Shown here: positions 34,500-36,332 of the stretch, piece after piece | Numbering within the stretch: the stretch's first letter is position 1 | Layout: each line of letters begins with the position of its first letter | Origin: Candidatus Brennerbacteria bacterium RIFOXYC1_FULL_41_11 | Lineage (GTDB): Bacteria; Patescibacteriota; Minisyncoccia; UBA6257; Brennerbacteraceae | Direction of reading: 5' to 3' | NCBI GenBank assembly: GCA_001817215.1 | Contig: MHHX01000007.1 | Span: forward strand, 24,244-60,575 | DNA: 36,332 nt | The notes under the pieces: model-generated | Told to the model about the DNA's origin: nothing | Database searches by the model: none | The model's input: the letters and a program-made list of their open reading frames with translations, nothing else | Position numbers and translations under genes: made by a program

Positions 34500-35216
34500 A
34501 TGTTTGCTTTTTTCATCATTGTTTTCAGCGTTATTCCGAACTTTATCTGGCTTTATTTTTATTTAAAACAAGACCCGCATCCTGAACCGCCACCTTTTTT
34601 GATCTTGGCATTTTTTCTTGGCATTTTTTCGACCATGGTGGCGCTTGGGGCTGGCTTCGGTCTTCTGAAATTAACTGGCATTTTTTCAGGATTGTCAGAA
34701 GTCATGATCCAGAGCTCTTTTTGGTTTATGTTTCTTGGCGTGGCGTTTGTTGAGGAGCTGGCAAAGTTTTTAATGATGTTTTTTCTTTTGCGCAAAAATT
34801 TTGTTTTTGACGAGCCGATCGATGCACTGATCTATTCTGTCGTGATTGCTCTTGGCTTTGCTTTTGTTGAGAACATTGTCTATCTGGTTTCGGTTTTCAA
34901 CCAATTCCCGCAGGATCTATCGCAGATGGCTTATTTTGTGTCGTTGAGATTCATTGGTGCGAATTTTTTGCATACTTTGTGCTCGGGTTTGGTGGGTTAT
35001 TTTTGGGCGACTGGTATTGTCAGGCATCGGAATCCTTCAAGGTTGTTTCTGGGAATTTTTCTTGCAACTGCAATTCATGGATTGTTCAATTTCAGTCTTG
35101 TTGTCCTGGGCATGCCTTTTTATGTTATTTCTGTGGTTCTTTTGTTTATTTTGGGGTTATTTTTACTGCGTGACGCCGAGACACTACGTCATCTTAAAAT
35201 CTCTTCTGGTGCTTAA
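34500..35216 (+). CDS. PrsW family intramembrane metalloprotease
   Basis: D..PEP, VEELAK, LGFAFVEN, HTLCSG, HGLFN, with multiple TM helices. Confidence 0.9.
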   Translation: MFAFFIIVFSVIPNFIWLYFYLKQDPHPEPPPFLILAFFLGIFSTMVALGAGFGLLKLTGIFSGLSEVMIQSSFWFMFLGVAFVEELAKFLMMFFLLRKNFVFDEPIDALIYSVVIALGFAFVENIVYLVSVFNQFPQDLSQMAYFVSLRFIGANFLHTLCSGLVGYFWATGIVRHRNPSRLFLGIFLATAIHGLFNFSLVVLGMPFYVISVVLLFILGLFLLRDAETLRHLKISSGA

Positions 35217-35265
35217 TCTTCCGCGAGTGATATAATTAACTAGAGATTAATTTTTTATTTGTTTT

Positions 35266-35664
35266 ATGGTTTTTAGTAAAAAGAAAAATAAAGAAACAAA
35301 AGAATTGTCGACTATTAAAGACGATTCTTTTGCTGAATTAGCAATTGATGTTTTTCAGACTCCTGAAGAAATTATCATACAATCGCCGATTGCCGGGGTG
35401 AAGTCTGAAGAGGTTGACGTTTCCATCGAAAACGACATGATCACGATTTCAGGACATCGTCAAAAGCAGCAAATCGTTGACGAGGACAATTATTTTTATC
35501 AAGAATGTTATTGGGGAGGATTTTCAAGAACAATTGGCTTGCCGACGCAGGAAGTTGATATTGAAAAAGCTAAGGCTGATATGGATAACGGCGTTTTGAC
35601 GATCAGAATTCCAAGGGCGGTAAGGGTGAGAACGAGAAAGTTGAAGATTGGATCAAAGGGATAG
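35266..35664 (+). CDS. Hsp20/alpha-crystallin small heat-shock protein
   Basis: IDVFQT..IAGV..VDVSI..TISG..ECYWGGFSRTIGLP..A.MDNGVLTIRIP. Confidence 0.93.
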   Translation: MVFSKKKNKETKELSTIKDDSFAELAIDVFQTPEEIIIQSPIAGVKSEEVDVSIENDMITISGHRQKQQIVDEDNYFYQECYWGGFSRTIGLPTQEVDIEKAKADMDNGVLTIRIPRAVRVRTRKLKIGSKG

Positions 35665-35678
35665 TTTAGAAACCAGTT

Positions 35679-35711
35679 AATCAAAAAACTCCTAATCGGA
35701 GTTTTTTGATT
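35679..35711. terminator. Bidirectional terminator
   Basis: aatcaaaaaactcc-taatc-ggagttttttgatt between convergent genes. Confidence 0.8.
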
Positions 35712-35928
35712 TCATCATGCCGATCAGGCCAATAATGATCCAGACTATTTGTAGCGCCAAAATGGCAAAAGCTTGTTTTGAATAGGCATTTACACTCAAC
35801 ATCAACGCTCCGAAAATATTGATGAGCTGGTATTTTAAGTCTGTCTCTTCAATTTTATTCGTTTGCAAAAGATAGTAGGCAAGAATAATTAACCCGCTAC
35901 CAAACCATCCGATTATTTCAACAATCAT
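35692..35928 (-). CDS. Small 3-TM protein (CBU_0592/PQ-loop-like), start moved to ATG 35928
   Basis: MIVEIIGWFGSGLIILAYYL..YQLINIFGA..LQIVWIIIG. The longer track ORF would overlap tRNA-Arg. Confidence 0.75.
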   Translation of the reverse strand: MIVEIIGWFGSGLIILAYYLLQTNKIEETDLKYQLINIFGALMLSVNAYSKQAFAILALQIVWIIIGLIGMMKSKNSD

Positions 35929-35974
35929 TGGTTTTTTGAAGCTTTTTAATCTATATTGAGTATATATTAATTTT

Positions 35975-36046
35975 GCCCCCATAGCTCAATGGACAGAGCG
36001 TTGGTCTTCGGAACCAAAGATCGGGGTTCGATCCCTCGTGGGGGTA
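35975..36046 (+). tRNA. tRNA-Arg(TCG)
   Basis: gccccca/tgggggt acceptor, ttggt-ct-TCG-ga-accaa, cgggg-ttcgatc-cctcg. Confidence 0.94.
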
Positions 36047-36112
36047 CACGGAGGATTTCTGTCAGGAGTGAATCGGCCCCTGGTTGCAAATCCTTACGGG
36101 AGCATCAAAATT

Positions 36113-36332
36113 GTGTCTAATTTATTAATTAAAATTCCAGAAGAAGTCATTACCGTAGCAAGAAGTCTTTCGCGTGTTGGTTTTTCAGTCTATCTTGTCG
36201 GTGGCTGGCTTAGGGATGCTTTGTTGAGAAGAGAGTCGGCTAGCGCGCCAGACTTGGCAACCAACGCTTTGCCAGAGGAAATTCAAAAAATATTTCCCGA
36301 CAGTGTTTATGAAAATGAGTTCGGTACTGTTT
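36113..36332 (+). CDS. CCA-adding enzyme / poly(A) polymerase family nucleotidyltransferase, N-terminal part (runs off window)
   Basis: GTG start after GGGAG. MSNLLIKIPEEV..GFSVYLVGGWLRDALL..DLATNALPEEIQKIF..YENEFGTV. Confidence 0.85.
   Translation, partial: MSNLLIKIPEEVITVARSLSRVGFSVYLVGGWLRDALLRRESASAPDLATNALPEEIQKIFPDSVYENEFGTV

Noticed and set aside
35205-35265. CIRCE operator upstream of hsp20
   Set aside because: Only a partial GAGTG half-site with no TTAGCACTC-N9 partner. A plain TGaTATAAT promoter element is present.
36050-36096. Hairpin after tRNA-Arg as SRP RNA or tRNA-Cys remnant
   Set aside because: The gaggattt/aaatcctt stem is real, but SRP domain IV and tRNA arms are missing. 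Function cannot be supported.
1-36332. Alternative genetic code (TGA=Gly) as in Gracilibacteria/Absconditabacteria
   Set aside because: Core genes are full length under code 11 and several end properly at TGA.
1-36332. CRISPR array, integrase, transposase or prophage
   Set aside because: No regularly spaced repeats and no recognisable recombinase or phage structural motifs were seen.

Overview
An AT-rich chromosomal segment that looks like Patescibacteria (CPR, probably Parcubacteria-like). This assignment is inferred from gene content and protein style, and TGA is used as a stop codon (code 11). Housekeeping genes are HU (partial), S1/rpsA, PcrA/UvrD, RsmA, YraN, a ROK kinase, ThrS, a GT2, TsaD, ValS, PrsW, Hsp20, a CCA-enzyme N-terminus and five tRNAs (Lys-CTT, Leu-TAG, Val-TAC, Glu-TTC, Arg-TCG). 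They surround a Patescibacteria-type type IV secretion locus of about 19 kb: VirB6-like, PrgI/VirB3-like, VirB4, a pilin-lytic transglycosylase fusion, a beta-propeller protein and other exported proteins, plus a stand-alone VirB2-like pilin. The locus is split by an accessory block of about 5.3 kb. The best unannotated signal is upstream of thrS: a sigma70 promoter firing directly into a leaderless 10-aa peptide MQQLTTTTAS, followed by mutually exclusive anti-antiterminator, antiterminator and terminator helices. This is a complete Thr-sensing ribosome-mediated attenuator. Other oddities are a synonymously recoded duplicate of a gene 3' end, short palindromes inserted in frame in core proteins, a CCA-enzyme homolog lacking the first catalytic Asp, a 108-nt rod-like hairpin before tsaD and several unlisted small ORFs. 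All calls come from manual motif reading; no searches were run.
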